Of a stretch of 61,373 bases of DNA, positions 35,257 to 44,259 are shown one piece after another (within the stretch, counting starts at the first letter, position 1; the number at the start of each line of letters is the position of its first letter). Both the position numbers and the translations under genes were made by a program. Origin of the DNA: Candidatus Nomurabacteria bacterium (lineage in GTDB: Bacteria; Patescibacteriota; Minisyncoccia; Phycocordibacterales; UBA5272); assembly GCA_943354975.1 (NCBI GenBank), contig CALRDS010000001.1, positions 1 to 61,373 of the forward strand, given 5' to 3'. The notes below the pieces were generated by a model. It saw only the letters and a list, made by a program, of their open reading frames with translations. It had not been told where the DNA came from and did no database searches.

Positions 35257-36669
35257 CTAGTGTATCATTTTCTCCTCTCTTTTTATAAATCGTCCTAAAA
35301 TTGTACCCAGCACCATACCAATTGCAGAAGCGACAAATCCCATAAATGTCCCTGGAATATCAGAAGTCACAAAATATTCCCAGTATTGCCAAACACTTAT
35401 TCCAGCAATAATCGAAACAAGTGCACCAAAAGAATTTGCCTTCTTACTATAAAGCCCGACTGCAAGTGGAATAAAGCCCGCAACTAAAGTAACAGAATAA
35501 GCACTTGATACAAGTTCATAAATACGAGCATTATCCTTAAGTGCAAGAATAACACCTCCGAATGCTATAAATATAACCGCAATACGAATAATATGAAGAC
35601 GGAACCTATCCGAAATATCACTAAAGAACAGCTTGATAACATTTTCTGCAAGAAGTGTTCCTGGTGCCAAAAGCGCACCTGAAGCGGTTGAAATAATTGC
35701 TGAAACAAGTGCGCCGAAAAATAGAACCTGAATCAGAAGTGGTGTATGATCTCCAACAAGTGTGAGTATAAGGTTTTGCGGATCGCTTGCGAGAACATTT
35801 GGATACAGAATACGAGCAACTCCTGCGATTAGAAGTGGTATAAGTACAATAGAAAAATAAAGTAGTCCCCCAATAACAGATGCCCACACTGAAATAGTTG
35901 CAGATTTTGCAGACATGGCACGCTGATATATATCTTGTTGAGGAATCGAACCTAGACCAATTGTCATAAGTGCAGTAACAAATATAATCCATTCAGTAAG
36001 TGACTGCTTAGATTCTGGAACCACCCTCCAAAAATCAGGAGGAGTCTGTGCGATAAGTGCATCCATACCCCCTATCTTGGAAAGTGCATACGCGAAAATT
36101 GCACCTAGCCCTACAATAATCACAACGGACTGTATCGTGTCAAGAAGTGCCACAGAATACATCCCACCAAAAAATGTGTAGAACGTCACAAGCGCAGCAG
36201 CAAAAAGAATCGCCCACTGAAGAGAAAGTGTGGGTATAACTGTAGAGATGACTAACCCTAATGCAAGAAACTGAGCCGCAACCCAACCAAAATAACTGAT
36301 GATTATTGCAACTGAAAGAAACACTGCAATTATTGTGTTGTATCTGTTCTTGAAATAGTCTCCAATTGTTAGAAAACTTAGATTGTAAAGTTTCCTATTA
36401 AAGAAAATCCCGGCAATAATGAGACATAGTGCAGCGCCGAATGGGTCTTCGATAACATTTCCAAAACCTCCTTCGGCAAATTTTGTAGATGCACCTAAAA
36501 TAGATTCAGATCCAAACCAAGTCGCAAATACAGTTGCAAGAGCCATATAAAATGGAAGAGACCTCCCGGCTAAAACATAATCCTCTGAAGTTTTTACCTT
36601 ACGGGCAGCATATACACCAATTGCAATCATTACAACCGTATAGGCCAAAATAAAGATTGGAAGAAGCAT
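35257..36669 (-). CDS. sodium:solute symporter family transporter
   Basis: About 13 TM segments. N-terminal YVLAGRSLP......ATW.G matches the SSF signature. Confidence 0.85.
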   Translation of the reverse strand: MLLPIFILAYTVVMIAIGVYAARKVKTSEDYVLAGRSLPFYMALATVFATWFGSESILGASTKFAEGGFGNVIEDPFGAALCLIIAGIFFNRKLYNLSFLTIGDYFKNRYNTIIAVFLSVAIIISYFGWVAAQFLALGLVISTVIPTLSLQWAILFAAALVTFYTFFGGMYSVALLDTIQSVVIIVGLGAIFAYALSKIGGMDALIAQTPPDFWRVVPESKQSLTEWIIFVTALMTIGLGSIPQQDIYQRAMSAKSATISVWASVIGGLLYFSIVLIPLLIAGVARILYPNVLASDPQNLILTLVGDHTPLLIQVLFFGALVSAIISTASGALLAPGTLLAENVIKLFFSDISDRFRLHIIRIAVIFIAFGGVILALKDNARIYELVSSAYSVTLVAGFIPLAVGLYSKKANSFGALVSIIAGISVWQYWEYFVTSDIPGTFMGFVASAIGMVLGTILGRFIKREEKMIH

Positions 36670-36676
36670 AGTGAAA

Positions 36677-36708
36677 ATAGCTTATAGCTAATAGCTTATA
36701 GTTTATAT
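36677..36708 (-). repeat. heptad tract ATAGCTT ATAGCTA ATAGCTT ATAGTTT
   Basis: Exact 7-nt period, starting 8 nt upstream of the symporter ATG (36669). Confidence 0.65.
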
Positions 36709-36727
36709 TAAAAGGTAAAAAAAGAAA

Positions 36728-36764
36728 CCCGCTTACCGCAGTAAAAAATTTTTTGCGATAAACG
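36728..36764 (-). terminator. intrinsic terminator of cassette E
   Basis: On the minus strand CCGTTTATCGC...GCGGTAAGCGG forms 11 bp including two G-U pairs, followed by GTTTCTTTTTTT. Confidence 0.6.
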
Positions 36765-36769
36765 GATAT

Positions 36770-37141
36770 TTATACAGGAACCGGATGAAGGCCTTCGACG
36801 TCCGAAACGTAAACCTTGTGCACGTCGTTGAAATACAGAACGTTTGATCTGAAGCGAACTCGTGGCCCTTTATTTGGGGTTTCCTCGATTTCAAACGGAA
36901 TGATCAGGTTGGGAAATAATACCAAGATGCACGGCACATTGGAGATAACCTCCCAATCCCCTGGGGGAATCCCATGCTCACCAAGTTTGCGCTTGATCGA
37001 CCACCTGACTTTGATGACCACAAAATCACTATCGTCTACGGAAAGGCTTTCGATTGGTCCATAGATAGCTTCCTCTAAATTATTGAGCTCGATGTAACCT
37101 TTAGGTTTCCTTTCTGCGACCAAATTCCAATCGTGTTCCAT
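36770..37141 (-). CDS. hypothetical 123-aa protein, GC-rich cassette E
   Basis: TTGACA (37228-37233), 17 nt, TAGTGT (37205-37210). GGGGGA lies 7 nt before the ATG. Own terminator. No family recognised. Confidence 0.55.
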   Translation of the reverse strand: MEHDWNLVAERKPKGYIELNNLEEAIYGPIESLSVDDSDFVVIKVRWSIKRKLGEHGIPPGDWEVISNVPCILVLFPNLIIPFEIEETPNKGPRVRFRSNVLYFNDVHKVYVSDVEGLHPVPV

Positions 37142-37247
37142 TTGTTATTCCCCCTAAAGATCTCCACTTGCTACAGGTGTGAAAAAAACCTGGGTACAAA
37201 GTAAACACTACAATATTAAAATATTTGTGTCAAACTAGATTCTTAGT

Positions 37248-38333
37248 CTATAAACCTTCTTCTTGTAGTCCTGATATAAACTCCATGGCCTTCTTGGAAA
37301 GTTTCTTTGGCATATGAATATCTAACTTTACAAGTACATCACCTCTTTTGTGTTTATCATGAATGTGTGGAACACCACGTCCACGCACACGTAGTATTTC
37401 ACCGGTTGAAGCACCAGTTGGAATATCAATTTCAATTTTTCCATCAAGAGCATCAACTATATGCCTTGCGCCAAGTAAAGCATCAGTTAATTTAATTCCA
37501 TGAGTAATAGACAAATCATTTCCTTCTCGCTTCCATGTTTTATGTGCATGTACATTTATTTTTACATATAAATCTCCTGATGTTCCACCAGATACAGCCT
37601 CACCCATACCAGTCATGCGCATCATTTCTCCATTTGCAATTCCTGCTGGAACTTTTATACTAACTTCTTCACGACTGTTTACTACTCCATTACCTCTACA
37701 ATCATGACACTTTTCTTCGGGAACCTTTCCTATTCCGCGACATACATCACAAGTTCGAACAGTTTGAAAACTACCCATAAATGTTTTCTTTACATCATGA
37801 ACTTTTCCTTGACCATTACAAATAGTACAAATCTTTAATTTAGTACCAGCTTTTGCTCCAGTACCAGAACAAGTTTTACAAGTTGAAACTTTTGAAAGTA
37901 AAACATTTCTTTCTGTTCCAAAAATACTTTCAGTAAATGGTACATCTATCTCAAGAGAAATATCGCGTCCACGTTTTATGCCTCTACCACCAAATGGAGA
38001 TGCACCTCCAAATACGTCGCCAAAAATATCTCCTATGTCTCCAAAATCAAATTGCATGTTTGCAAAATCTGATTGATCAAATCCTCCAAAACCACCAAAA
38101 CCTCCTTGTGGACCTTGACCATTAAATGTTTGACCGTATGTATCATATTCCTTTCGTTTCTTTTCATCAGAAAGGACTTGATAAGCCTCATTTACTTCTT
38201 TGAACTTTGATTCATCTCCTCCTTTTTTATCTGGATGATATTTCGACGCAAGATTGTAAAAGGCCTTTTTAATATCCTCCTTTGTGGCACTTTTATCTAT
38301 ACCAAGCATATTATAATAATCTTTTGTTGCCAT
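37248..38333 (-). CDS. dnaJ: molecular chaperone DnaJ
   Basis: J domain (YHPDK), G/F region, and four CxxCxGxG zinc repeats. Confidence 0.95.
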   Translation of the reverse strand: MATKDYYNMLGIDKSATKEDIKKAFYNLASKYHPDKKGGDESKFKEVNEAYQVLSDEKKRKEYDTYGQTFNGQGPQGGFGGFGGFDQSDFANMQFDFGDIGDIFGDVFGGASPFGGRGIKRGRDISLEIDVPFTESIFGTERNVLLSKVSTCKTCSGTGAKAGTKLKICTICNGQGKVHDVKKTFMGSFQTVRTCDVCRGIGKVPEEKCHDCRGNGVVNSREEVSIKVPAGIANGEMMRMTGMGEAVSGGTSGDLYVKINVHAHKTWKREGNDLSITHGIKLTDALLGARHIVDALDGKIEIDIPTGASTGEILRVRGRGVPHIHDKHKRGDVLVKLDIHMPKKLSKKAMEFISGLQEEGL

Positions 38334-38456
38334 ATATCTTTACATTACCACAATTATAAACAGATGTAAAAATTTCTTTGATTGATTTTCCTTAGTTTGA
38401 CAAACTTATTTATTAGTGATAGTATTTTTATAAACTAAAAATTTTAGGAGTACAGC

Positions 38457-39149
38457 ATGTCCTTTGAAGAAAAATATGTCTTTGAAATCACAACAGTAGA
38501 CAAACAGGGCACCTCAACCAGAGAAGACGGTTTTGCATTCGATACGGGCACAAAACGACTGACAATAGCCTCATACATACCTGACCCTTCATTGGTAGAA
38601 ATAGAGGCTGTCGAACTGGCTATAAAAAATAACTGGGTGATACGACCAAGAGATAAACCATTTTTTAGGAAAATAATTGGTATACCAGATGGATTTTCTT
38701 TTGCAATGCCAACAAGATGTATTCTTGCTCATTTTGATTATCCGTACAATAAACCGATTGTAACCGTCGGAAAGGCAGTAATTCTTACGGCATACAGCTT
38801 TGAAGAAGCCAAAATTCATGGTCGTTCTGATCTGCGACTTAAGGGATTAGGGCACTTTTTTTCGATTTTACGCTACCCTCAATTATCCCCACACGCTCAA
38901 GTGCACGAATTGATGTTATTACTCAATGGGACTTGTGATAAATTTTTAAGAAAATCTGGACTGCCTTTTCTGGGCAAAAATAAGTCCGGCAAAATTGTTG
39001 TGAGAGGTGGTCACTCAACAATAAGCCGCCCACTCCGAGATGTAGCATCATTAATAAACTGCTGGCAACTTTCAAACTATTTGGACACACCTGAGAAACG
39101 TGCTGTCTGGTTTTCACACCAAGATTTACAGAACTTTCTAAAAAAATGA
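38457..39149 (+). CDS. minimal RNB-like (RNase II/R catalytic-domain-like) protein, cassette F
   Basis: TVDKQGTSTREDGFAF resembles RNB motif I (IDxxxxxDxDDAL). IASYIPDPS resembles IADP/V. HSTISRPLRDVASLINCWQL resembles HFTSPIRRYxDLxVHRQL. There are no CSD/S1 domains. TTGACA (38397-38402), 17 nt, TAGTAT; AGGAG lies 6 nt before the ATG. The functional call is tentative. Confidence 0.45.
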   Translation: MSFEEKYVFEITTVDKQGTSTREDGFAFDTGTKRLTIASYIPDPSLVEIEAVELAIKNNWVIRPRDKPFFRKIIGIPDGFSFAMPTRCILAHFDYPYNKPIVTVGKAVILTAYSFEEAKIHGRSDLRLKGLGHFFSILRYPQLSPHAQVHELMLLLNGTCDKFLRKSGLPFLGKNKSGKIVVRGGHSTISRPLRDVASLINCWQLSNYLDTPEKRAVWFSHQDLQNFLKK

Positions 39150-39152
39150 TCG

Positions 39153-39180
39153 GGCGTCGCGCAAGCGTCGCCTGTTTTTT
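39153..39180 (+). terminator. intrinsic terminator of cassette F
   Basis: GGCGTCGC-GCAA-GCGTCGCC (one T-T mismatch, GNRA loop) followed by a T run. Confidence 0.65.
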
Positions 39181-39197
39181 ATTTTCAATACTTTGTT

Positions 39198-41093
39198 TTA
39201 TGCACTAGTTTCACCATCTTTCTTTTCTTCTTTAACTTCTTCGGCTTTCGGTGCTTCTTCAGCTTTTGCATTATCAGCAGAAGTCTTCATCGCTTCCCCT
39301 ATCTTCATCATCTTCGTAGAAAGATTTTCACCTGCTTTCTTTAGAACTTCAATATCAGACCCGTCACGGGCTTTCTTTACTTCATCAATTGCTTCTGTCA
39401 CTTCTTTCTTTATTTCGGCAAATTTATCTTCAGCGCCTGTCTGCGCAGGCAGGTCTTTAAGAGCTTTTTCTGCTGTATGAACCATCACATCTGACATATT
39501 TTTTACTTCAACTAATTCAACTTTCTTTTTATCCTCTTCAGCATGAGTTTCTGCATCTGCCTGCATTCGTTTAATATCTTCGTCTGAAAGACCCGAAGAT
39601 GCTTCGATTCGAATTGTTTGAACTTTTCCTGAAGTCTTATCTTTTGCAGTTACATTTAACACTCCATTTGCATCTACATCAAACGTAACTTCAACCTGTG
39701 GCATACCACGTGGCGCTGGAGGAATGCCATCCAATATAAATCTACCAAGAGATTTATTATCTGTAGCCAGTGGTCTTTCACCTTGAGTAATGTGAATTTC
39801 TACAGAGGTTTGATTATCAGAAGCTGTTGAAAATATTTGAGATTTTGCTGTAGGAATAGTTGTATTTTTTTCAACCAACTTTGTAGCGACGCCACCCATA
39901 GTTTCAATTCCTAAAGAAAGCGGAATAACATCAAGTAAAAGGAGATCCTTGACGTCCCCTTGTAATACACCAGCCTGCACAGCAGCCCCGAGAGCAACCA
40001 CTTCATCTGGATTAATGGAACGGTTCGGTTCCTTGCCAAATAAAGCCTTCACAGCCTCTACAATCATCGGCATACGAGTCTGACCCCCTACCATTATAAT
40101 TTCATGTATCTCTTCTTTTTTAAAAGGCGAACTCTCTAATGCACGTTTTGTAATTTCGATCGATTTATCCACAAATTCTTTTGCAATCTCTTCAAGTTTT
40201 GCACGTGATACCTTCATTAACAAATGTTTTGGTCCGTCAGCACCAGAGGTAATAAATGGTATATTAATTTCAGTCTCTATTTGTGTTGATAGTTCATGTT
40301 TTGCTTTTTCTGCAGCCTCATCAAGTCTTTGAAGAGCAAGTGCATCTTTTGATACATCTATTCCTTGATCTTTTTTAAATTCAGATGCAATAAACTGTAC
40401 AAATTTTTGATCAATATCACGTCCCCCCAAATGTGAGTCACCATCTACTGATTTTACCTCAACAACTCCATCACCTACCTCTAGAATCGAAATATCAAAT
40501 GTACCTCCTCCAAAATCATAAACTGCAATTTTTTCATTCTTTACACTATTAAATCCATAAGCGAGTGCTGCGGCTGTTGGTTCCGGAATAATACGCATGA
40601 CCTCAAGTCCTGCGATTTTACCCGCGGCAATAGTTGCTTGTCGTTGAGTGTCATTGAAATAAGCCGGCACTGTGATAACGGCTTGTGTAATAGTCTCGCC
40701 AAGTTTTGCTTCAACATCTGTTTTTATTTTTTGTAAAATCATTGCAGATATTTCCTCAGGACGAGTGTCTTTGCCTCCTAAAGTAATAAGTACACCATCG
40801 TTTTCTCCTTTCTTAATTTTGTAGGAAACACGAGGGATATCATCTTGAACATCTTTATCACTAAATGAGTGTCCCATAAAGCGCTTCACACCGTGAATTG
40901 TATTTTCTGGATTCGTCACCGCTTGACGCTTCGCAATTTGCCCAACAGAACGTTCTCCATTTTTATTAACAGAGACAACAGAAGGTGTGGTACGATTACC
41001 TTCAAGGTTTTCGATTATTTTTGGTTGTCCTGCTTCTATAATTGCAACAGCTGAATTTGTTGTTCCTAGATCAATGCCGATAATTTTTGCCAT
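39198..41093 (-). CDS. dnaK: molecular chaperone DnaK
   Basis: [18 protein letters not shown] and the full Hsp70 pattern. Confidence 0.97.
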   Translation of the reverse strand: MAKIIGIDLGTTNSAVAIIEAGQPKIIENLEGNRTTPSVVSVNKNGERSVGQIAKRQAVTNPENTIHGVKRFMGHSFSDKDVQDDIPRVSYKIKKGENDGVLITLGGKDTRPEEISAMILQKIKTDVEAKLGETITQAVITVPAYFNDTQRQATIAAGKIAGLEVMRIIPEPTAAALAYGFNSVKNEKIAVYDFGGGTFDISILEVGDGVVEVKSVDGDSHLGGRDIDQKFVQFIASEFKKDQGIDVSKDALALQRLDEAAEKAKHELSTQIETEINIPFITSGADGPKHLLMKVSRAKLEEIAKEFVDKSIEITKRALESSPFKKEEIHEIIMVGGQTRMPMIVEAVKALFGKEPNRSINPDEVVALGAAVQAGVLQGDVKDLLLLDVIPLSLGIETMGGVATKLVEKNTTIPTAKSQIFSTASDNQTSVEIHITQGERPLATDNKSLGRFILDGIPPAPRGMPQVEVTFDVDANGVLNVTAKDKTSGKVQTIRIEASSGLSDEDIKRMQADAETHAEEDKKKVELVEVKNMSDVMVHTAEKALKDLPAQTGAEDKFAEIKKEVTEAIDEVKKARDGSDIEVLKKAGENLSTKMMKIGEAMKTSADNAKAEEAPKAEEVKEEKKDGETSA

Positions 41094-41183
41094 AACATTA
41101 ATAGTTTAAGTTTTTGTTCAATAAAATTTCAAAATCCCAATAATAATTTATTTCAATTCCTCAGAACGAAACAAATTGACCGA

Positions 41184-41264
41184 GATACGAAGCGCAAAAA
41201 GTTTTTGGGAGGAGATGTAGTTAAAGCTACATTGACCGACAAAAATGATGTTGTAACAAAGTAG
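41184..41264 (+). repeat. R element copy c (between grpE stop and dnaK promoter)
   Basis: GATACGAAGCG...GTTTTTG-GGAGGAG-ATGTAG-TTAAAG-CTACAT-TGACC..CAAAAAT...GTAACAAAGTAG. Ends 5 nt before the grpE stop codon. Confidence 0.6.
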
Positions 41265-41269
41265 ATTGG

Positions 41270-41917
41270 TTAAGCTGTTTCGTTATGACCAACGTGCACT
41301 CGGGCGGGACGGATAACGGTATCATTCATTCGGTAACCAGACTGTAGCACTTTTACTAGTTTACCATTTTCATCTTCGTTTGTAACGTTTACCATTTCCA
41401 TACTTTCGTGGAGTGCTGGATTAAATTCGTCTCCAATTTTACCGAACTGCTCTACCCCTTCTTTTTCTAATACAGATCGTAATTGCCCAAATATATATTC
41501 TATACCAACACGCCAATTTGAATCAACTTTTTCCCAGGATTCTACATTTCCTTTTGCCATATCATAACCATCAAGTACTGGAAATAATTCTTCAATGAAT
41601 CGCTTTGTGGCAAACTTTCTATCCATAGCACGATTAGACTCTACTTCTTTTTTAAAATTTGCATAATCTGCGCGCGTGCGTTGACTTAAATCCAAATACT
41701 CTTGTTTTTCAGATTCAAGTTTTTTAATCTTCTCACGAAGCTTTTTTATAGTTGTTTTTACATCCACCTCTCCCTCTTCATTTACTTCTTCAAAAGATAT
41801 GTCTTCATCACTCTTCGCTCCTTGAGAAACATCATCAGAATTTTCCGTTGAAGTCTCATGACTTATCGCTGATATTTCTTCGTTGTTAATTGTTTCAATT
41901 TCTTCTTCATTTTTCAT
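41270..41917 (-). CDS. grpE: nucleotide exchange factor GrpE
   Basis: Acidic N-terminus, a coiled coil with R..AD..N.KK, and C-terminal G...H.A......G.V..V...GY......IRPA.V. Confidence 0.9.
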   Translation of the reverse strand: MKNEEEIETINNEEISAISHETSTENSDDVSQGAKSDEDISFEEVNEEGEVDVKTTIKKLREKIKKLESEKQEYLDLSQRTRADYANFKKEVESNRAMDRKFATKRFIEELFPVLDGYDMAKGNVESWEKVDSNWRVGIEYIFGQLRSVLEKEGVEQFGKIGDEFNPALHESMEMVNVTNEDENGKLVKVLQSGYRMNDTVIRPARVHVGHNETA

Positions 41918-41952
41918 ATTGTCAGAATATACATTATATCACAAGGTAGTGA

Positions 41953-42004
41953 AAATTGGCATCGTATTTTTATGTTTTGGCTACAGCCAAAACAATGCCA
42001 ATTT
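41953..42004. promoter_or_regulatory. nested inverted repeat upstream of grpE (candidate operator)
   Basis: Outer arms AAATTGGCAT/ATGCCAATTT (10 bp). Inner arms GTTTTGGC-TACA-GCCAAAAC (8 bp). Sits just upstream of TGtGaTATAAT for grpE. This is not the CIRCE sequence. Confidence 0.35.
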
Positions 42005-42163
42005 CTACAAAGAACTAAAGTTATACAGTAACGAAAAAATTATAAAAAGATCATTACACAAAAAAGCTTCCTTAAGATATCAAAATACCCAGAGAGAAAT
42101 ATTACTTTTTTAAGATTCCTTTTTAGTTTACATTGCATTGATACCCATGCACTTTTAGAAAAA

Positions 42164-42196
42164 GCCTCTCCAAGTAGAAACCTTGGGAGGCTTTTT
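42164..42196. terminator. bidirectional-looking intrinsic terminator after cassette G
   Basis: GCCTCTCCAAG...CTTGGGAGGC stem flanked by A5 and T5. Confidence 0.6.
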
Positions 42197-42225
42197 AGGA
42201 AGCAGCAAGCGAGATTTCACATTGG

Positions 42226-42630
42226 TCATGGAACCCCTCGACGTAGAGATTCCTGTAGCCAAACTGTGTCTTTTGCCCATTCAAGAATTTCGGGAAGTCT
42301 TTCATTCACAAGATTTTCATGGTCTCCAAAGACTCCGCGGAGTTGATATTTTTTGTTACATTCCAGAAGATGAGCATCATCTCCCAACAAATTAAAAACG
42401 AGGAGCCCGTGTGGATTAAACTCAGATTCATTTGATTTATCTCTCCCGATATTTTCCCAATCAAATGATATATCAGAATTTTCTCCCATCATCCCGCGAG
42501 GTCTTTGTATTTTATTGCTAAACAAAAAAACCAATTCCGTTGGTATTCCTCTACTCCCAAGCCTGAAGTAACGGAGAAATTTCGTATTCGGTAAACTGAT
42601 AATTGGACACATGCGGATAATTAAATCCAT
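42226..42630 (-). CDS. hypothetical 134-aa protein, GC-rich cassette G
   Basis: Trimmed to the ATG preceded by GGGAGG (42638-42643) at 7 nt (MDLIIRMCP...). No family recognised. Confidence 0.55.
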   Translation of the reverse strand: MDLIIRMCPIISLPNTKFLRYFRLGSRGIPTELVFLFSNKIQRPRGMMGENSDISFDWENIGRDKSNESEFNPHGLLVFNLLGDDAHLLECNKKYQLRGVFGDHENLVNERLPEILEWAKDTVWLQESLRRGVP

Positions 42631-42789
42631 GAAGAAACCTCCCAACCAAGAACAGAATTTACTTGCTTAATTGCAAGAATATTTTAAATACTACAGAAAA
42701 TATATAATAAATCAAATTAACCAAAAAGCTTCCAATTTCTATGATTTCTTGTTAATTATTATATTTTGTAAACATATAATATTGAAATG

Positions 42790-42871
42790 AATACAAGACG
42801 CAAGGAATTTTTACTACCAAGACGTACACATGGTACGTCGCGTTGAGAAAAAATCCTGAGCAACGCAGTAG
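42790..42871 (+). repeat. R element copy d
   Basis: AATACAAGACG..GGAATTTTT...GACGTAC-ACATG-GTACGTC...AAAAAATCC-TGAGCAACGCAGTAG. Flanked by AATATTGA/TCAATATT. Ends 12 nt before the stop of the rpsI-tail mini-ORF. Confidence 0.6.
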
Positions 42872-42883
42872 TCACTCAATATT

Positions 42884-43006
42884 TTAACGTTTACTCCAAG
42901 TAGGTGCTTTGCAGGCTTTTTTGAGACCAAATTTGTTAATAGTATTTTTTACTTTTACCACCCATATCACTCTTAGGAGAAAGGTTTCGTTGAACAGATT
43001 AATCAA
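42884..43006 (-). pseudogene. rpsI 3'-end duplicate that retains an open frame (S9-tail mini-ORF)
   Basis: Encodes ...VKVKNTINKFGLKKACKAPTWSKR*, against authentic S9 ...ENVKNTLKKLGFLKRDSRQVERKKFGLKKARKAPTWSKR*. There is a 48-nt in-frame deletion, and the last 16 codons differ at 6 synonymous and 1 non-synonymous sites. Confidence 0.5.
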
Positions 43007-43123
43007 CTACTGAGAAGATATTTACAAAAAAAACTAATTTTAAGTTAGAATAAGGTGTTGCACTTGGCGTTTGAAATTTAATATGTTTCAACATAAAAAA
43101 ATTATTAATGTTATATTTAAAAC

Positions 43124-43432
43124 ATGGAAAAATCTCCACAAAATGAATTTACTCATATAGCTGATCTACTGTCTAAAATAAACACTATTTCTCTCGATGA
43201 TATAAGACAATTCCAAAATAGTCTTCTACGGCACAATACTAAAATATTTGAAAGACTACCAATGCTCGAACAGAAAATTTTAGTAGCAATAAGTAAATTA
43301 ACAGAATCACAATTAGAACATATATATTATACAGCAGAAAAGGGAGGTCATATACTAGGACTTCATGATTTAAAAAACCATGTAAATTTCTACAAAGGAT
43401 TAACTACCAATACTGACCCAAAAATACACTAA
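43124..43432 (+). CDS. hypothetical 102-aa protein (AT-rich, host-like composition)
   Basis: Clean ORF between the rpsI duplicate and authentic rpsI. No family recognised. Confidence 0.5.
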   Translation: MEKSPQNEFTHIADLLSKINTISLDDIRQFQNSLLRHNTKIFERLPMLEQKILVAISKLTESQLEHIYYTAEKGGHILGLHDLKNHVNFYKGLTTNTDPKIH

Positions 43433-43458
43433 ATATTTTTAACGACTAAATAGGTTTG

Positions 43459-43866
43459 TTATCTCTTACTCCAAGTAGGTGCTTTACGAGCTTTCTTTAG
43501 TCCAAATTTCTTTCTTTCTACTTGTCTTGAGTCACGTTTCAAAAATCCAAGTTTCTTAAGAGTGTTTTTTACATTTTCATCTCGCATAACTAGAGTACGA
43601 GAAAGTCCATGGCGAACAGCTTCAGCTTGAGCATGTATTCCTCCACCTAAAACATGGACTGATACCAAAAACTTTTCTCCAACTTCTCCCTTTGAAATAG
43701 CCTCCTGAGCAATCATTTGAAGCTCACCAGTCGCAAAATAATCCTTCACATCCTTTTCATTTACAACAAAAGACCCCTTTGTTGCTGGAGTAATGCGAAC
43801 ACGAGCAATAGCAGTCTTTCGACGACCTACAGCTTCTATATAACGATTTTTTGTTTCTGTTGACAT
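43459..43866 (-). CDS. rpsI: 30S ribosomal protein S9
   Basis: GRRK.A.ARV...G.G...VN....Y...V.GGG..GQA.A...G..R and the C-terminal tail ...KAPTWSKR. Confidence 0.95.
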   Translation of the reverse strand: MSTETKNRYIEAVGRRKTAIARVRITPATKGSFVVNEKDVKDYFATGELQMIAQEAISKGEVGEKFLVSVHVLGGGIHAQAEAVRHGLSRTLVMRDENVKNTLKKLGFLKRDSRQVERKKFGLKKARKAPTWSKR

Positions 43867-43876
43867 ATAATTTAAT

Positions 43877-43908
43877 AGTTTTTAGTTTACAGTTATCAGT
43901 TTTTAGTT
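43877..43908 (-). repeat. heptad tract (AGTTNNN)x5 between rplM and rpsI
   Basis: AGTT at 43877, 43884, 43891, 43898 and 43905. The sense strand reads ...GATAACT GTAAACT AAAAACT... Confidence 0.7.
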
Positions 43909-44251
43909 ATTCTTCAATGACTAAATTCTTCATACGAATATCTTGTAATTTATTTTTTGGAAGCATTCCATAAACGGCATGCTTTATAAGTTCAGAATAT
44001 CCTTTCTTTTCTACTACATACTTAAGTGGCATTTCTTTTAAACCCCCAGGAAATCCTGAGTACGATTTATGAACGCTTACATTCATTTTATTACCAGAAA
44101 CTTTTATCTTGCTAGCATTTATAACTTTTACAGATACATCCGCTACGCGATGTTTTACGAAATCTACACTATCTTTTGCATTAAGAAGAGCCGCGACCTG
44201 CGAAGCAAGACGTCCTAATACTTTATCTGTAGCATCAATTGTGTGTGTCAT
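43907..44251 (-). CDS. rplM: 50S ribosomal protein L13 (short form, 114 aa)
   Basis: IDA....LGRLAS.VA..L and GMLPKN.L motifs. Confidence 0.9.
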   Translation of the reverse strand: MTHTIDATDKVLGRLASQVAALLNAKDSVDFVKHRVADVSVKVINASKIKVSGNKMNVSVHKSYSGFPGGLKEMPLKYVVEKKGYSELIKHAVYGMLPKNKLQDIRMKNLVIEE

Positions 44252-44259
44252 AAAAATGA

